DNA of 64,000 nucleotides from an uncultured Pseudobdellovibrionaceae bacterium (GCA_964389375.1 CAYMDP010000010.1:9849-73848), one strand, 5' to 3'; counted from the stretch's first letter, positions 17,312 to 27,857 are shown. The notes: generated from the letters alone by a model not told the origin. A program made the numbers and translations.

Positions 17312-17911
17312 GTGAAGTGGGATAGATTTGATTGGAGAGGTGTGCAGCCTCAGCCTGTAATCGGCGTTGATGAAGTGGGTCGGGGTTGTTTGGCGGGTCC
17401 AGTCTATGCCGCCGCTGTGATTATGGATGTAAAGTCTTTAGATCAAGATTGGACAGATTCGAAACTCTTGTCCGAAACTCGTCGAAAAATTTTGTCAGAG
17501 AAAGTGAAAGCCGAATGCCAGTACGGAATTGGTTTTGCAAGTATCGAAGAAATCACCAAGCTCAACATCCTTCGAGCTAGTTTGCTTGCGATGAAGCGGG
17601 CGGTGGAAGCCTTAAAAGTAAAGACGGGTCATATCTTAGTCGATGGAACTTTTAAAATTCCGGACTTAAAAGCTTATGAGCAAACCCCACTGATCAAGGG
17701 GGATTTAAGGGCCGCACCGATTTCTGCAGCGGCGATTTTAGCAAAAGTGACTCGGGACGAGTTATTGAAACAGTTTGCTGAGGAGTTTCCCAATTACGGT
17801 TTCGAAAAACACAAAGGCTATTCGACCGCGGCTCACAAAGCCGCGATCAAAAACTTTGGACCCTGCTCGATCCATCGCCCCAGCTTTGCCGGAGTTAAAG
17901 AGTACCTTTAA
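17312..17911 (+). CDS. rnhB: Ribonuclease HII
   Basis: [21 protein letters not shown] and the following RNase HII motifs. GTG 17312 was chosen because the ORF-track start 17246 would place the rplS terminator inside the CDS. Confidence 0.85.
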   Translation: MKWDRFDWRGVQPQPVIGVDEVGRGCLAGPVYAAAVIMDVKSLDQDWTDSKLLSETRRKILSEKVKAECQYGIGFASIEEITKLNILRASLLAMKRAVEALKVKTGHILVDGTFKIPDLKAYEQTPLIKGDLRAAPISAAAILAKVTRDELLKQFAEEFPNYGFEKHKGYSTAAHKAAIKNFGPCSIHRPSFAGVKEYL

Positions 17912-18242
17912 GCCCCATCCCCATGACTGGGGTCTTCAGTGCGAACAAATTGTTTGTGATTATTTCCTCGAGCAGAATTTTCGAATGCTTTATTCGCGTT
18001 ACAAAATTCTAGGCGTCGAGGTGGACTGGATTTTTTGTGACTCTAAAGGTCTTCGAGTTTTGGTCGAAGTAAAGTCCATTGGAAGTTTTGATTTTCTCGA
18101 AACTCGTCTTCACCACAAGCAAAAAGCCCGTCTTTTAAGGGTTGCGGCTTATCTGAGTGAGCGGTGGGACTGCCGAATATTAGCGCAACTTGCTCTGGTG
18201 GATCGGCTGCGCCGCGTCCACATTTTCGACTTGGAGATTTGA
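17886..18242 (+). CDS. YraN-family (UPF0102) endonuclease-like protein
   Basis: [35 protein letters not shown]...LVEVKS matches the UPF0102 pattern, and it sits in the conserved position after rnhB. The start is uncertain: an in-frame TTG at 17886 overlaps the rnhB end, and the ORF-track start 17775 lies deep inside rnhB. Confidence 0.65.
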   Translation: MPELKSTFKPHPHDWGLQCEQIVCDYFLEQNFRMLYSRYKILGVEVDWIFCDSKGLRVLVEVKSIGSFDFLETRLHHKQKARLLRVAAYLSERWDCRILAQLALVDRLRRVHIFDLEI

Positions 18243-18290
18243 AATCCGGGCAATCATTGACTCAGGCCCTGACTATGAAAAACTAAATTC

Positions 18291-18713
18291 ATGAAGGGTC
18301 TTAAAGTTTTAATTTTGCTGAGCTTCTTATTGTCCAGTGTTTTTGCTAGGGCTCAAACTCCGCCGGATCAATCGGCTGCCGGAAAAGAATTTATCATGAG
18401 CTGCACCTATGGTGTTTTGGCGGGAACATTAGTTGGGGCGGCGACCTTGGCATTTTCTGATAACCCAGGAAATAGTTTAAGCAAAGTGGCCCGGGGTGCA
18501 TCGATTGGTCTTTATGCCGGAATTTTATTGGGCCTTTATGTTGTCTATTGGGTTCCTGATCAAGAAGAGGAATTGAATCTTTACGAGCAACCTGGGTACC
18601 CAAGTAGCCTCAGATACAAAATGCCAAAAACTCCACGCTTTGCTGTTCTTCCCACTCTTTCTGAAAAAGGGATAGACGGAGCGAGCGCCCACTACCAAGT
18701 CTTCTCTTTTTAA
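18291..18713 (+). CDS. Hypothetical membrane/secreted protein
   Basis: 140-aa ORF with a signal peptide (LKVLILLSFLLSSVFARAQ) and two Gly/Ala-rich hydrophobic helices. Confidence 0.5.
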   Translation: MKGLKVLILLSFLLSSVFARAQTPPDQSAAGKEFIMSCTYGVLAGTLVGAATLAFSDNPGNSLSKVARGASIGLYAGILLGLYVVYWVPDQEEELNLYEQPGYPSSLRYKMPKTPRFAVLPTLSEKGIDGASAHYQVFSF

Positions 18714-18801
18714 TTTTTTTTGTTTTTTGAATCACAAGAAAACTCAGAATGAATGGCTCTTCTGGAAGCTGCAAAGCTTTAGAGGTTAGAAAACTGGTCC
18801 C

Positions 18802-21183
18802 TTAGTTGGATTGTGAGAATCCAGTGTTGGTGACGCCATCAAACTTAAAGTTAAAGCTGATGTTGACTCGGCTATCACCACCCAGAACCTGCTGATGAAT
18901 AATATCGATATTCCAACAGTTCCCCGGTGGGTTGATGCTTGCCAAATATTGCCAGGATTGAATTCTAAAGTTCACATTTGAATAATCGAGTTGTCCGCTC
19001 ATCGTTAGATATTTGCTGGTGAAGCCCATTCCTAGACCAATGTTTTCAGTTTTACTATTTGGAACTTCGACGTTTTGCTCATCGACTAAAAAGCTTCTTG
19101 TGTAGGCCACTTGTCCAAAGTTTCCGTTGTCGGCAGTAACGCGCACTCGCGAACTTGAGTTCGTGACGTTTGCATAAGGATAATGAACGACGGCGGTGTT
19201 GGTCTCGAAATTATCATAGCGAACATCCAAAAGGGTATTAATCGCCGACCAGGGCTGTGGTTTTTCGGTGGCGGCTTCATTAAAGTCATAGGACTGATTA
19301 ATTCTAAAGGTAATGATGTTTTGGTAGACGGGGGCCCCGTTTTGCCAGATCTTTCGCGTCCAGCGATTGACCAAACCAAGATTTAAAATCCTTTGGTTAA
19401 AAAGACGATCATTGTTGTCGAACTGAAGTTTATTTCGACCAAAGACGTCTTCGTCACTAATTGGATTAAAAGTTTTAGAAAATTCGAGTCCGTCTAAATC
19501 GCCAAAAAATCCATGGCGAGTTCTTCGAGCCCAGGGAATTGTCGAGTAGGTCAGACTGGGTTCAATTTCGTGTCGATAGCGAGTCGCTTTTGGGTCTTCA
19601 GAAGGCTTAAGGATACTGCTAAACCGAGTTCTTAAGACATAGGAGTTTTCAATATACCTTCGAGCCGCACTGGGAGCGAAGTTCTCAGTAGCATCGATTC
19701 CCTCTTCGATCGGAAACTGATACTGAGTTTCTCGATATAAAAAAGTCGGAGTCAAAGTGAAGTAGGGTCCAAATGAAATCGGATAGGTCAGCTTGGGTTG
19801 AATGTCTAAACGCTGCCCAGTTCTCATAATGTCGCGGTCCGGATTAAACTGTCCGTCCCGAACTGTCTTTACACACTTTTCTGGAATACTTCCGTTTGGA
19901 AGCGGCGGACAGGCGGGGTCGCCTTTTGTCGAATCATTGACATCGTCATAGGAGAAACCGTCTCGGGCAAAATTGACGTAGTTAGCATCCATGCGAAATA
20001 ACAAATTCGAATCAAGGACTCTCTGGTCCATGATCGAATACTTAAGTTCTGGGATACGGTGAACCGCAGATTCGTTGCTGGCCAAGGGATCGGATTGAAG
20101 TAAATTGATATAAATCGATGCATCGGCGCTAAAGTGCTGGCGCTGCGTATTTTTAGTGAATGAAACTCTATTTTCGAGGGCGGGATCTCCGTGACCGGAC
20201 ATTTCTGTAGGGAAATCTCTAAGATAACGAAGGTCGCTCAGTCGGTTGAGCTGCACTCGGTGAGAAATATCTTCCGGCAAAAGATAGGCGTGACGGTAAT
20301 CTAAGAACCAACGGTTCGGAGCCGGACGATCGATCTCTTTACCGAAAGCCCGATCTTTAAGAAAGGCACTGCGAAATATTCCGCGACTTTCGTTTGAGGT
20401 CACGTAGCGGTACTCAGCAAGTCCCTTAAGGCCCCGTTTTTCGTAATGGGTTGCAGTTAAGGTCAGATCTTTACTTCTGCTGATCGCCCAGAAAAAACTT
20501 TGAGAGATCGCGAGTCCCCCAAGTTGAGAGACGTCATAAGATGGCACTAAAAACCCTGACTGCCGCGAGCTCTTTAGCGGGACAATCAAGCCGGGGAGGA
20601 TAAGAACTGGAACACCTCCCAGCCGAAGAACTGGACGAGAGATTTTTGCGTAGCCACCCATCTCGGCTTCGATGCGACTTCCGGTGAAGCTCCAGGCCGG
20701 TGGACATGTGACACATGCCGTGTACATGGCATCACTCGCGATATAGTCCTCGGGCCCCACCTTATCGATGACCTTGCCTTGAAAGACCACCTGGCCAGAT
20801 TGAACGAAGCCATTAAAAATTCGGCCCGTGTTGGTTTGATAATTAAAAACAACGCGGTCTCCTTCGACGTGAGTTTTGGGATTCTTCAAAACAACTTCGC
20901 CTTCGGCCTCAATCATTTTTTTATCAATATAGATTATGGCTTTTGTTGCCGAAAGGTATTGTCCCTGAAAAAGAACATGGACATTGCCCTCAAGAGTGAC
21001 CGTCTTTTTTCGAGTGTCACGAGACATTGAGTCCGCATTAATTAAAATTCCCTCAAGAGAGCTGCCGCCCTGAGCTTGTGCCCAGGCAATGTTGGAACTA
21101 AAAATGAATACCAAAAAATTGAGCAGGGCCAAGGCCAGAGCAAATCTAATTTGAATCTTAAGAGCTTCGAAAAATGGATTCAT
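18802..21183 (-). CDS. lptD: LPS-assembly outer-membrane protein LptD (OstA family)
   Basis: OstA-like N-domain (TLEGNVHVLFQGQYLSATKAIIYIDKKMIEAEGEVVL, YTACVTCPPAWSF) followed by a large beta-barrel region. ATG 21183 yields a clean signal peptide (MNPFFEALKIQIRFALALALLNFLVFIFSSNIAWA) and forms TAATG with the upstream stop. The ORF-track start is 21216. Confidence 0.75.
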   Translation of the reverse strand: MNPFFEALKIQIRFALALALLNFLVFIFSSNIAWAQAQGGSSLEGILINADSMSRDTRKKTVTLEGNVHVLFQGQYLSATKAIIYIDKKMIEAEGEVVLKNPKTHVEGDRVVFNYQTNTGRIFNGFVQSGQVVFQGKVIDKVGPEDYIASDAMYTACVTCPPAWSFTGSRIEAEMGGYAKISRPVLRLGGVPVLILPGLIVPLKSSRQSGFLVPSYDVSQLGGLAISQSFFWAISRSKDLTLTATHYEKRGLKGLAEYRYVTSNESRGIFRSAFLKDRAFGKEIDRPAPNRWFLDYRHAYLLPEDISHRVQLNRLSDLRYLRDFPTEMSGHGDPALENRVSFTKNTQRQHFSADASIYINLLQSDPLASNESAVHRIPELKYSIMDQRVLDSNLLFRMDANYVNFARDGFSYDDVNDSTKGDPACPPLPNGSIPEKCVKTVRDGQFNPDRDIMRTGQRLDIQPKLTYPISFGPYFTLTPTFLYRETQYQFPIEEGIDATENFAPSAARRYIENSYVLRTRFSSILKPSEDPKATRYRHEIEPSLTYSTIPWARRTRHGFFGDLDGLEFSKTFNPISDEDVFGRNKLQFDNNDRLFNQRILNLGLVNRWTRKIWQNGAPVYQNIITFRINQSYDFNEAATEKPQPWSAINTLLDVRYDNFETNTAVVHYPYANVTNSSSRVRVTADNGNFGQVAYTRSFLVDEQNVEVPNSKTENIGLGMGFTSKYLTMSGQLDYSNVNFRIQSWQYLASINPPGNCWNIDIIHQQVLGGDSRVNISFNFKFDGVTNTGFSQSN

Positions 21184-23894
21184 TACTTGGTCTTCATCAC
21201 AAAGACTCCATCCCAATCACTTGGGGGAGGATTTTCCATGAAATTATGGCAGCGTTGAACATAAAGTTTAGCGACGGTGTCGGCTGGATTATATTGAAGC
21301 GCCCCTTCAAACTTGGCAAGAGCCTGCTTAAATTGGGCCTGATGGTAAAGTTCGGTGCCTTCTTTGTAGGTCTTTAGAAAATTTTGTAAACCTTCTGAGG
21401 CTTTGCCTTCGCCCATTAATTCATAAATTTTTACCGGAAGGATTTTGCCTTTCACTTTAACCCAGTCGACCTCACGACAGATGAAGTCCTCTTTGACCTC
21501 TTCGTAAGTAAACTCACTGATCACGATGCGCACACCATATTCTTTTGTAATACCCTCAAGACGGGATCCTAAATTCACAGCGTCGCCCATGACGGTGTAA
21601 CTGCGGACGGTTTCAGATCCCATGTTTCCGACACTGACTTCGCCGGTGTTTAAGCCAATTCCAATATCGATGGAGGGAAGGCCCTTTTCGATCAATTCGT
21701 TTTGAAGAACTTTAAGTCGCTCGAGGCTTTCAAGAGCGCAGCGGCAGGCCCACTTTGCGTGATCTTTAAAGTGAATCGGGGCTCCAAAGAAGGCCATAAT
21801 GGCGTCGCCCATATACTTATCTAGAGTCCCACGATTTTTAAACACGAGTTCCGTCATCGGGGTGAGGTATCGATTCAGCAAACTCGATAAGGCTTGGGGA
21901 TCCAGCTTTTCTGAGATCGTGGTAAATCCACGAACATCTGAAAAGAAAACGGTCAGGCGAACTTTTCGACCACCCAGTTGGACGTTGCTGGGGTCAGAAA
22001 GAATTTCTTCGACAATTGCAGGAGAAACGTACTTTTGAAAGGTGGTTCGTAGCTCTTTCTTTCCACGTTCTTCAGTAAAGTACTTATAAAAAGTTAAAGA
22101 AATATATAAAAGCAGGACAAGGACAAAGGGGAAGATGATGGCCGTGACCATGCCCTGACCGAACAAAAAGTAGCGATCAAAGAAATAAAATCCGGCCATG
22201 GAAAATGAGGCAAACAAAAGCCCCGACAAGGCGCCGAGGTAAGATAGGGCGAGGCTTAAAATGATGCCAAGGCACAGAAGAGTCAGAAGCATGCGCTCTT
22301 CTTCTTTTGGGCTCGTGCGCAGAAAATCTTTGCGCACGAGATTGTCGATCACGTTAACGTGAGTTTCTGCTCCGGGATAGTTTTCATCGAAGGGAGTGAC
22401 TCGAAGATCGAAAATACCCATAGCTGTGGCACCCACGATAAATGTCTTCCCCTTTATAAACTCACTCTTTTTTTCTTGCCGATCTTTTTCAATCCACGTC
22501 TTTCGCTCGGGATCAAATTGTCTTTGGCTTACGGTCAGGGTTTCAGAGTCGGTCAGAAGATCTGCAATACTGACGTAAGGAAACATTTTTTGTGGACCGG
22601 CATAGTTAATTGTCAGACGGCCCTTCTCGTCGACAGGGATGTCTCCGACCTCATCTCCGGTTTCTAGATCGGTCAGCCATAAGCGGCTAATGATTTTTTG
22701 TTGTAATCTTTGATCATAACTTAAAGAAAAGTTTGCATGAAGGTTGTTTGCAATCAAATAGGCCTTAAAGGCAATGGATGGAACCCAAAGATCAAAGCTT
22801 CTGCCGATTAAAGATTTGCGGCGAATGGTTCCGTCGCTATCTAATTCCGCATTAAAAAAACCGGTCTGATTAACACCCTCCGAGAGGGAGGGGATATTCA
22901 TTACCCAGTCTATGTAATTCACCTTTGCAATAGGAAGGCTGCGGGATTTAAATTCATCAGCCCATTCTTGGAACGAATTGTGAGTCAGGTAGTCGGGATC
23001 TTGGGCCTTAAGATCCGGCCAGGCCTCGGAAAGGGGGCCAAAGAGTTCATCCTTTTCGGGGTCTAACCAGTCCTGGCAATAAACGCGCTGGCGATTTTCT
23101 TGGGCTATTTTTAGATCTCGATCTTCGGTGGCGTTTTGCGGAGGAGCTCTTTCGTCGGCGACACTTTGGGCGAGGAATTTTAAATGTTCAGAATAGAACT
23201 GAGTCAAAATCGGCGGGATTTCAACGGCCGCTTCGTCCAGCGGGGCCAACATGGAGGTTTCATTCTTCCAAGTTTTATAGGCAGGACTTTGACTCGAAAT
23301 CAGCTGTACACAAGAGTTTAGGTGGGCTGGAGAAACATCGGGCCACTCGCTTTGAGAAAACACTCCGAGCACTACAGGTGCTGCATTTTGGCTTAAGATT
23401 TTTGAGAACAAAAGATCCGAATCTCGGGCTTCAAGCTCACTGCGAAATTTTGCCCTTAAACTATCGTTTAAGGCGCCGCTGCTTTCGAGAGAGTCAAAAA
23501 TCGCTTCTCCAGGCTTGGCAGAAGGTTCAGAAAAAACCATATCAAAAGCCAGAGCTTTAGCTCCATACTTAACGGCCTGCTCTATGGCCAATCCAATTTT
23601 TTCCCTTGGCCAGGGCCAGCGTCCGACGGTGGATACGGACCTTTCGTCAACCGCAAGAAGAACAACTTGATCTGATCCGGCTCGGGGGCCGCGCGCTTGA
23701 AGTCTAAAGTCGATGGATTTTTGATGGGCAATTCCTAAAACAGAAAGAAGCTGATTTTTACCTGTGCTGCGATCCGCTGAAGACGAGCGGGTAATGTAAA
23801 ACTGCAGAGCGATGATCGTTACAAAAAAGGTGATGTATAGACCGATGGCTGTGGGGCGATAGAATAAGCCGAGAAAAGATAAAATGTTCTTCAT
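21183..23894 (-). CDS. CHASE2 sensor - transmembrane - class III adenylate/guanylate cyclase, with a TPR-like C-terminus
   Basis: 903-aa ORF. CHASE2 hallmark VVLLAVDERSVSTVGRWPWPREKIGLAIE..AFDMVFSEP, then TM helices. Cyclase motifs are TVFFSDVRGFTTISE, YMGDAIMAFFGAP and GLNTGEVSVGNMGS. Confidence 0.85.
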   Translation of the reverse strand: MKNILSFLGLFYRPTAIGLYITFFVTIIALQFYITRSSSADRSTGKNQLLSVLGIAHQKSIDFRLQARGPRAGSDQVVLLAVDERSVSTVGRWPWPREKIGLAIEQAVKYGAKALAFDMVFSEPSAKPGEAIFDSLESSGALNDSLRAKFRSELEARDSDLLFSKILSQNAAPVVLGVFSQSEWPDVSPAHLNSCVQLISSQSPAYKTWKNETSMLAPLDEAAVEIPPILTQFYSEHLKFLAQSVADERAPPQNATEDRDLKIAQENRQRVYCQDWLDPEKDELFGPLSEAWPDLKAQDPDYLTHNSFQEWADEFKSRSLPIAKVNYIDWVMNIPSLSEGVNQTGFFNAELDSDGTIRRKSLIGRSFDLWVPSIAFKAYLIANNLHANFSLSYDQRLQQKIISRLWLTDLETGDEVGDIPVDEKGRLTINYAGPQKMFPYVSIADLLTDSETLTVSQRQFDPERKTWIEKDRQEKKSEFIKGKTFIVGATAMGIFDLRVTPFDENYPGAETHVNVIDNLVRKDFLRTSPKEEERMLLTLLCLGIILSLALSYLGALSGLLFASFSMAGFYFFDRYFLFGQGMVTAIIFPFVLVLLLYISLTFYKYFTEERGKKELRTTFQKYVSPAIVEEILSDPSNVQLGGRKVRLTVFFSDVRGFTTISEKLDPQALSSLLNRYLTPMTELVFKNRGTLDKYMGDAIMAFFGAPIHFKDHAKWACRCALESLERLKVLQNELIEKGLPSIDIGIGLNTGEVSVGNMGSETVRSYTVMGDAVNLGSRLEGITKEYGVRIVISEFTYEEVKEDFICREVDWVKVKGKILPVKIYELMGEGKASEGLQNFLKTYKEGTELYHQAQFKQALAKFEGALQYNPADTVAKLYVQRCHNFMENPPPSDWDGVFVMKTK

Positions 23895-24063
23895 GTGGGC
23901 AAGCTTCTCCCGCGAGGGCCATGTCTGGGCTGAACACTAGTCCATGGTAAGGGCGGTTTTGGTCTCAGACAAGACCTAAGATGTGTTTATTGCAGATGAT
24001 CTAACGAGGACGAGGTCCTCGGCATATACTGTAAGTTGTGATCCATGTATCCGAGGGAGGAAT

Positions 24064-24501
24064 ATGCAAGCCAAGATCGAGCAAGAAGGTGATGTTGTGA
24101 TTGTTCATTTGGGTGGTTTGTTGAACTATGAGGCAGTGGAATCCTTTCGGGTGGTGTGTTTAAAGCATCTCACTCAAAAAAAGATTGTGTTCGATATGCA
24201 AAATCTTTCTTTCGTTGGATCGATTGGGATTACGGATCTTGTCTCAGTCATGACCGAGATCAGTCGCCGTCCGATGACGCCGGTGAAATTTTCGCGGGTG
24301 AGTTCGGAGTACTTGCGGGTGCTTCAGGCCAGTGAGCTTCAAAGCCTCGAGATTTATGAGACCCCGGATTATGCAAAAAAAGCCCATCAAGGATTTGATG
24401 CGCCCATGATTCGTCTGGATCCTATTATTGATCTTGAATTCATAGGTTCTGAAGGCGAAGTCGAAACCGATGCCCCAGAGCTACTTCGCCCTCTAGATTA
24501 G
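24064..24501 (+). CDS. STAS-domain protein (anti-sigma-factor-antagonist-like)
   Basis: Starting at ATG 24064 (after GGGAGG): MQAKIEQEGDVVIVHLGGLLNYEAVESFR...VFDMQNLSFVGSIGITDL, a STAS-like pattern. The ORF-track start is 23983. Confidence 0.5.
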   Translation: MQAKIEQEGDVVIVHLGGLLNYEAVESFRVVCLKHLTQKKIVFDMQNLSFVGSIGITDLVSVMTEISRRPMTPVKFSRVSSEYLRVLQASELQSLEIYETPDYAKKAHQGFDAPMIRLDPIIDLEFIGSEGEVETDAPELLRPLD

Positions 24502-24521
24502 CCTAAAAGCGAAAATAAATT

Positions 24522-25895
24522 TTAGACCAGGTCTGAGGGCTTGTCTTTTTTATTAAATCCCGATTGAATTTCAGCCATGAGGTCTTCGATTCGACCTAAG
24601 GCTTCTTGCCCTTCTTTCAGGTTTTCAGGAGAGGCTTGAAATGCCGCTTGATTAAGAACTTCCATTTGGCCCTTGATAGACTTTAACTTCTCTTTTGTTT
24701 CGAAGTCCTTGTTATCAAGCTCTAGCTTGAGGCTTTGAAGGTCTTTTCGGTATTGATTCAAGCTCGAACCCAATTGTTGATTTAACTTTTGTAAGGCTTC
24801 GGATTTTTCTCTTTGTCTTTCAAGCTGAGTTTGTCCGTCTTGCCATAGGCATTGAAGAGACTCGACTTGTTCGATTAGTTTTTTATTCTCAAGTTTTAGC
24901 TGATCTCGTTGATCTTGTGTTTCGGCCAGGTCGCGACGGACACTCTCAGTTTCGATGACTTTTTGATTTAGAGAGGCTCGTAATTCGACAAGACCCTTTT
25001 GGAGCTGTTCGTTTTCATGTTCAAATTTGCTTTGAATTTCTTCGCGTTTTCTTTGCAGGTTGACCACTTGATTTTTTAGATCGGCATTCTCTAGAATCTG
25101 TTTATCCAAATGCTGAGCTTTCGCGGCTAACTCTTGAATGCGGGCCTGGGCCTGCTGAAGTGAAGCCTGCTTTTCGTTGAGTCGATCCTCATAAGAGTTA
25201 ACCAGGGACTTTTGGTTTTCTTCAGCCTCGCGACTTTGTTGCTGAAATTTGTGGCTGAGGTCGGTGATATTCATTTTGATCTGTTGATTGCTAAGCTCTA
25301 GCTGAGCCTTTGCTTTCGTAGCCTGGCGCAACTGAAGGCGAAGGTGAGTCGCGACCCGGCGCAAATTCTTTTTGTACTTCTGAAGCCGACTTAAACGCCT
25401 AAGATGCTTTTGGATTTCCGAGGAGAGGTGATCTTGTTTGTCTTTACTGTCCGAGTAGAGTTCGGCGAATTGAGTCTCTAAAAGCTGAATCTTTTCTTTG
25501 TAGGCTTGAATCATTTTTTCGACATTCAAACTTCTACCGGAAAGGATTTTGTCTTTTTCTTGCAGAACTAAATACTGGTCGCTAAGAATTTCATTGCGAT
25601 GTTCGAGCGAACGATTCACGGCCTCAAGTTGAGACAGTCTGTCTTCAAGCAATGAGCTTCGTCGCAGACTAACGCTAAGCCGAGCCATAATATCTTCATT
25701 TTGCTGAATCAAAGCGTCGACTGTATTGGATCGAATGATTTCAAGGGGTAAGCCCTTTAAGTTTAAGGGGCTTGGTATTTCTGTCGGAATAGGCATCCTC
25801 TGGACGAATTCGTCTAGACTGATGTTTTCCGTATTCTGATTCATTTCGCCTGATTGACTTAATGTCTCTGGCTGGTGGAAATATCCTTTTTCCAT
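24522..25895 (-). CDS. Long coiled-coil protein (Q/E/K/L-rich), function unknown
   Basis: 457-aa ORF that is heptad-like and charged almost throughout. No enzymatic motif. Confidence 0.6.
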   Translation of the reverse strand: MEKGYFHQPETLSQSGEMNQNTENISLDEFVQRMPIPTEIPSPLNLKGLPLEIIRSNTVDALIQQNEDIMARLSVSLRRSSLLEDRLSQLEAVNRSLEHRNEILSDQYLVLQEKDKILSGRSLNVEKMIQAYKEKIQLLETQFAELYSDSKDKQDHLSSEIQKHLRRLSRLQKYKKNLRRVATHLRLQLRQATKAKAQLELSNQQIKMNITDLSHKFQQQSREAEENQKSLVNSYEDRLNEKQASLQQAQARIQELAAKAQHLDKQILENADLKNQVVNLQRKREEIQSKFEHENEQLQKGLVELRASLNQKVIETESVRRDLAETQDQRDQLKLENKKLIEQVESLQCLWQDGQTQLERQREKSEALQKLNQQLGSSLNQYRKDLQSLKLELDNKDFETKEKLKSIKGQMEVLNQAAFQASPENLKEGQEALGRIEDLMAEIQSGFNKKDKPSDLV

Positions 25896-26021
25896 CTGAC
25901 CCCCGTCTAGGCCGACCTTGGCCTACTAAAAGTGTCTCAGACTTGGGCATGACATGTCAAAAATTAGGGCGAAAGATGATAATGCAATGTATTATATTCA
26001 ACCCGACCGAGGTCTATTCCG

Positions 26022-26624
26022 ATGAGTGTTTGTATGTCAAACAATAGCGCAACCGCCCCGGTGATAGATTACGAACTTCTTGAACAAGAGAAGTCCGTTG
26101 AAATTCAACAAGATCTGACGAGACGATTAAGTTCTAATGACAGTCGAGGAGGCTCTCCTCGCCATGCGATCCTAGGACTTGTTGCGGCTGGAAGTTATCA
26201 AAGAGCAAAAGATGAATTGGGTGGATATTTTGAGGACAAAGGATCCTATCCCGGTTTTGTTGCTCGCTGTGAGCGATATGCAAAGCACTGTACCGATCTA
26301 ATCAGTGCGATCGAATCCAAGAGGAATTTTCCGGGCTTAGCCCATTTAAGTTTAGCAAAACGTCAAGAGTTGTTCGAGAAGGTCGAAGAGCATTTCAACG
26401 AGCTGAAGCAGTACCTAAAGCAAATTGAAATGATCGAGAAAGAAACCAAGATCGATGATTTACGATCGACTGTGATTTTTTTAAGAGCCCTTGCGAACTC
26501 AGTCTTTTTAGTGCTTTCGGTCGCATTTTTAATTGAGCTAGCGACTAGTCTAGGGCCTTCGTTTATGGCGGTCTTTGAGGTTATGACGAACAACTTAGTG
26601 GACGCCCTGTTTCGACTTTTCTAG
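26022..26624 (+). CDS. Hypothetical protein with a C-terminal membrane anchor
   Basis: 200-aa ORF with hydrophobic segment VIFLRALANSVFLVLSVAFLIELA near the C-terminus. Confidence 0.45.
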   Translation: MSVCMSNNSATAPVIDYELLEQEKSVEIQQDLTRRLSSNDSRGGSPRHAILGLVAAGSYQRAKDELGGYFEDKGSYPGFVARCERYAKHCTDLISAIESKRNFPGLAHLSLAKRQELFEKVEEHFNELKQYLKQIEMIEKETKIDDLRSTVIFLRALANSVFLVLSVAFLIELATSLGPSFMAVFEVMTNNLVDALFRLF

Positions 26625-26672
26625 GACAGGCCCAAGAATTAAATATCTGGGCCTAAAATCTAATCCTTAACT

Positions 26673-27857
26673 TTACTGAGTCAGTTCTTTATAGACCGCG
26701 CGAAGAACCGGAAGGTTTTGTCCGCGATCGAGTCTGCGTCCGTTGACGAAGACGGAAGGAGTCCCTCTGACTTTTGCACGAACCCCGGCCTCTGCCTGCG
26801 CCTGAATTTCAGCATGGGTGCTGGCCGCGTCCATACATTGGCTCAATTGATCCCAATTCAAAGCTTGACCCGCAGTCAACTGGCGAAGTTTTTCATCTAC
26901 GCTTGGGGTCGTCGAAAGGCTTGAGAGGATGCTTTGATGTTCAAAAATCAAATCGTGCATCTGCCAACCAAAGTCCTGAGCATTCGCACAAAAAGTGGCT
27001 TTAGCCAAGCGACAAGAGAGTCCGTCTCCATTAGGAATCGCGGAGTTACACTGACCATCTAAAGGAAAAGAATAGAAAGCAAAGCTGACCCCTTTATGGG
27101 AGCTTTTGAAGGCGTGAAGGCTTGGCGCCGCATTTTTGCAATGTCCGCATCGGAAGTCCGCAAATTCCACGATCTTCATGACTTCATTTTCGGCCTGATA
27201 AAGAAGACTGGGGTTTTCAGGAAACTCAACTGGGCTTCGTGCCTTCCATTCAGAAACCAAAGCCTGGATGTTTCGCTCTAAGTCCTTTGCGCCGAAGTTT
27301 GCCATGGCAACCTGATGAAGTAAGAAGGCCATTAAAGGAAGAGCCACCAGGCATCCGGCAAAGATCCGTTTTTCACGAAGCCACAAACCAAGGTCCGCAA
27401 AAATATTCTTAAAAAACTGAGAACTAAAATCTTTCCATGTCAGCCCTAGGGTGAGGAAGGCGAGGAGGTAGAGCCCAATGCAAAGGATGCAATACTGAGT
27501 CATCATGGTAAATGAAATCGCAGCCATAACCACAGAGGCCGTGGCATTGACCAAGATCATCAAAAAAGAGAATCGGCCCCAGAGTGCTGGCGAATCGGAA
27601 AGTCCCATGGAGTAAACAAACAAACTGAAAAGAAGAATCAAATTTGCGCTTAAGCCCCAAACCGAAAGTGGGATGCCGAGAAAGTTAGAAAAAGAACTAG
27701 CACTTACAGCGTCGCAGTTAAAAGTGGCCGAGAGATTACAAAAGGCATTCTCGGAACCTAGACCATAGTGGAGGGGATAGTAGTGAGAAGTGAGGTATCC
27801 ATGAATTAGGGTCGAGACTAAGACAGAAAAGAGCGCTAACTTCAGTTTTAAGGACAT
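26673..27857 (-). CDS. VKOR (vitamin K epoxide reductase-like) fused to a DsbA/thioredoxin-like domain
   Basis: 394-aa ORF. The N-terminal polytopic region carries the VKOR Cys pairs (FCNLSATFNCDAV; CILC). The C-terminal thioredoxin fold carries FADFRCGHCK (CxxC). Confidence 0.75.
   Translation of the reverse strand: MSLKLKLALFSVLVSTLIHGYLTSHYYPLHYGLGSENAFCNLSATFNCDAVSASSFSNFLGIPLSVWGLSANLILLFSLFVYSMGLSDSPALWGRFSFLMILVNATASVVMAAISFTMMTQYCILCIGLYLLAFLTLGLTWKDFSSQFFKNIFADLGLWLREKRIFAGCLVALPLMAFLLHQVAMANFGAKDLERNIQALVSEWKARSPVEFPENPSLLYQAENEVMKIVEFADFRCGHCKNAAPSLHAFKSSHKGVSFAFYSFPLDGQCNSAIPNGDGLSCRLAKATFCANAQDFGWQMHDLIFEHQSILSSLSTTPSVDEKLRQLTAGQALNWDQLSQCMDAASTHAEIQAQAEAGVRAKVRGTPSVFVNGRRLDRGQNLPVLRAVYKELTQ

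Noticed and set aside
21184-21216. lptD start at 21216 (MGWSLCDEDQV...)
   Set aside because: It overlaps the cyclase gene by 34 nt and puts charged residues before the signal peptide. ATG 21183 gives a standard signal sequence and a TAATG junction.
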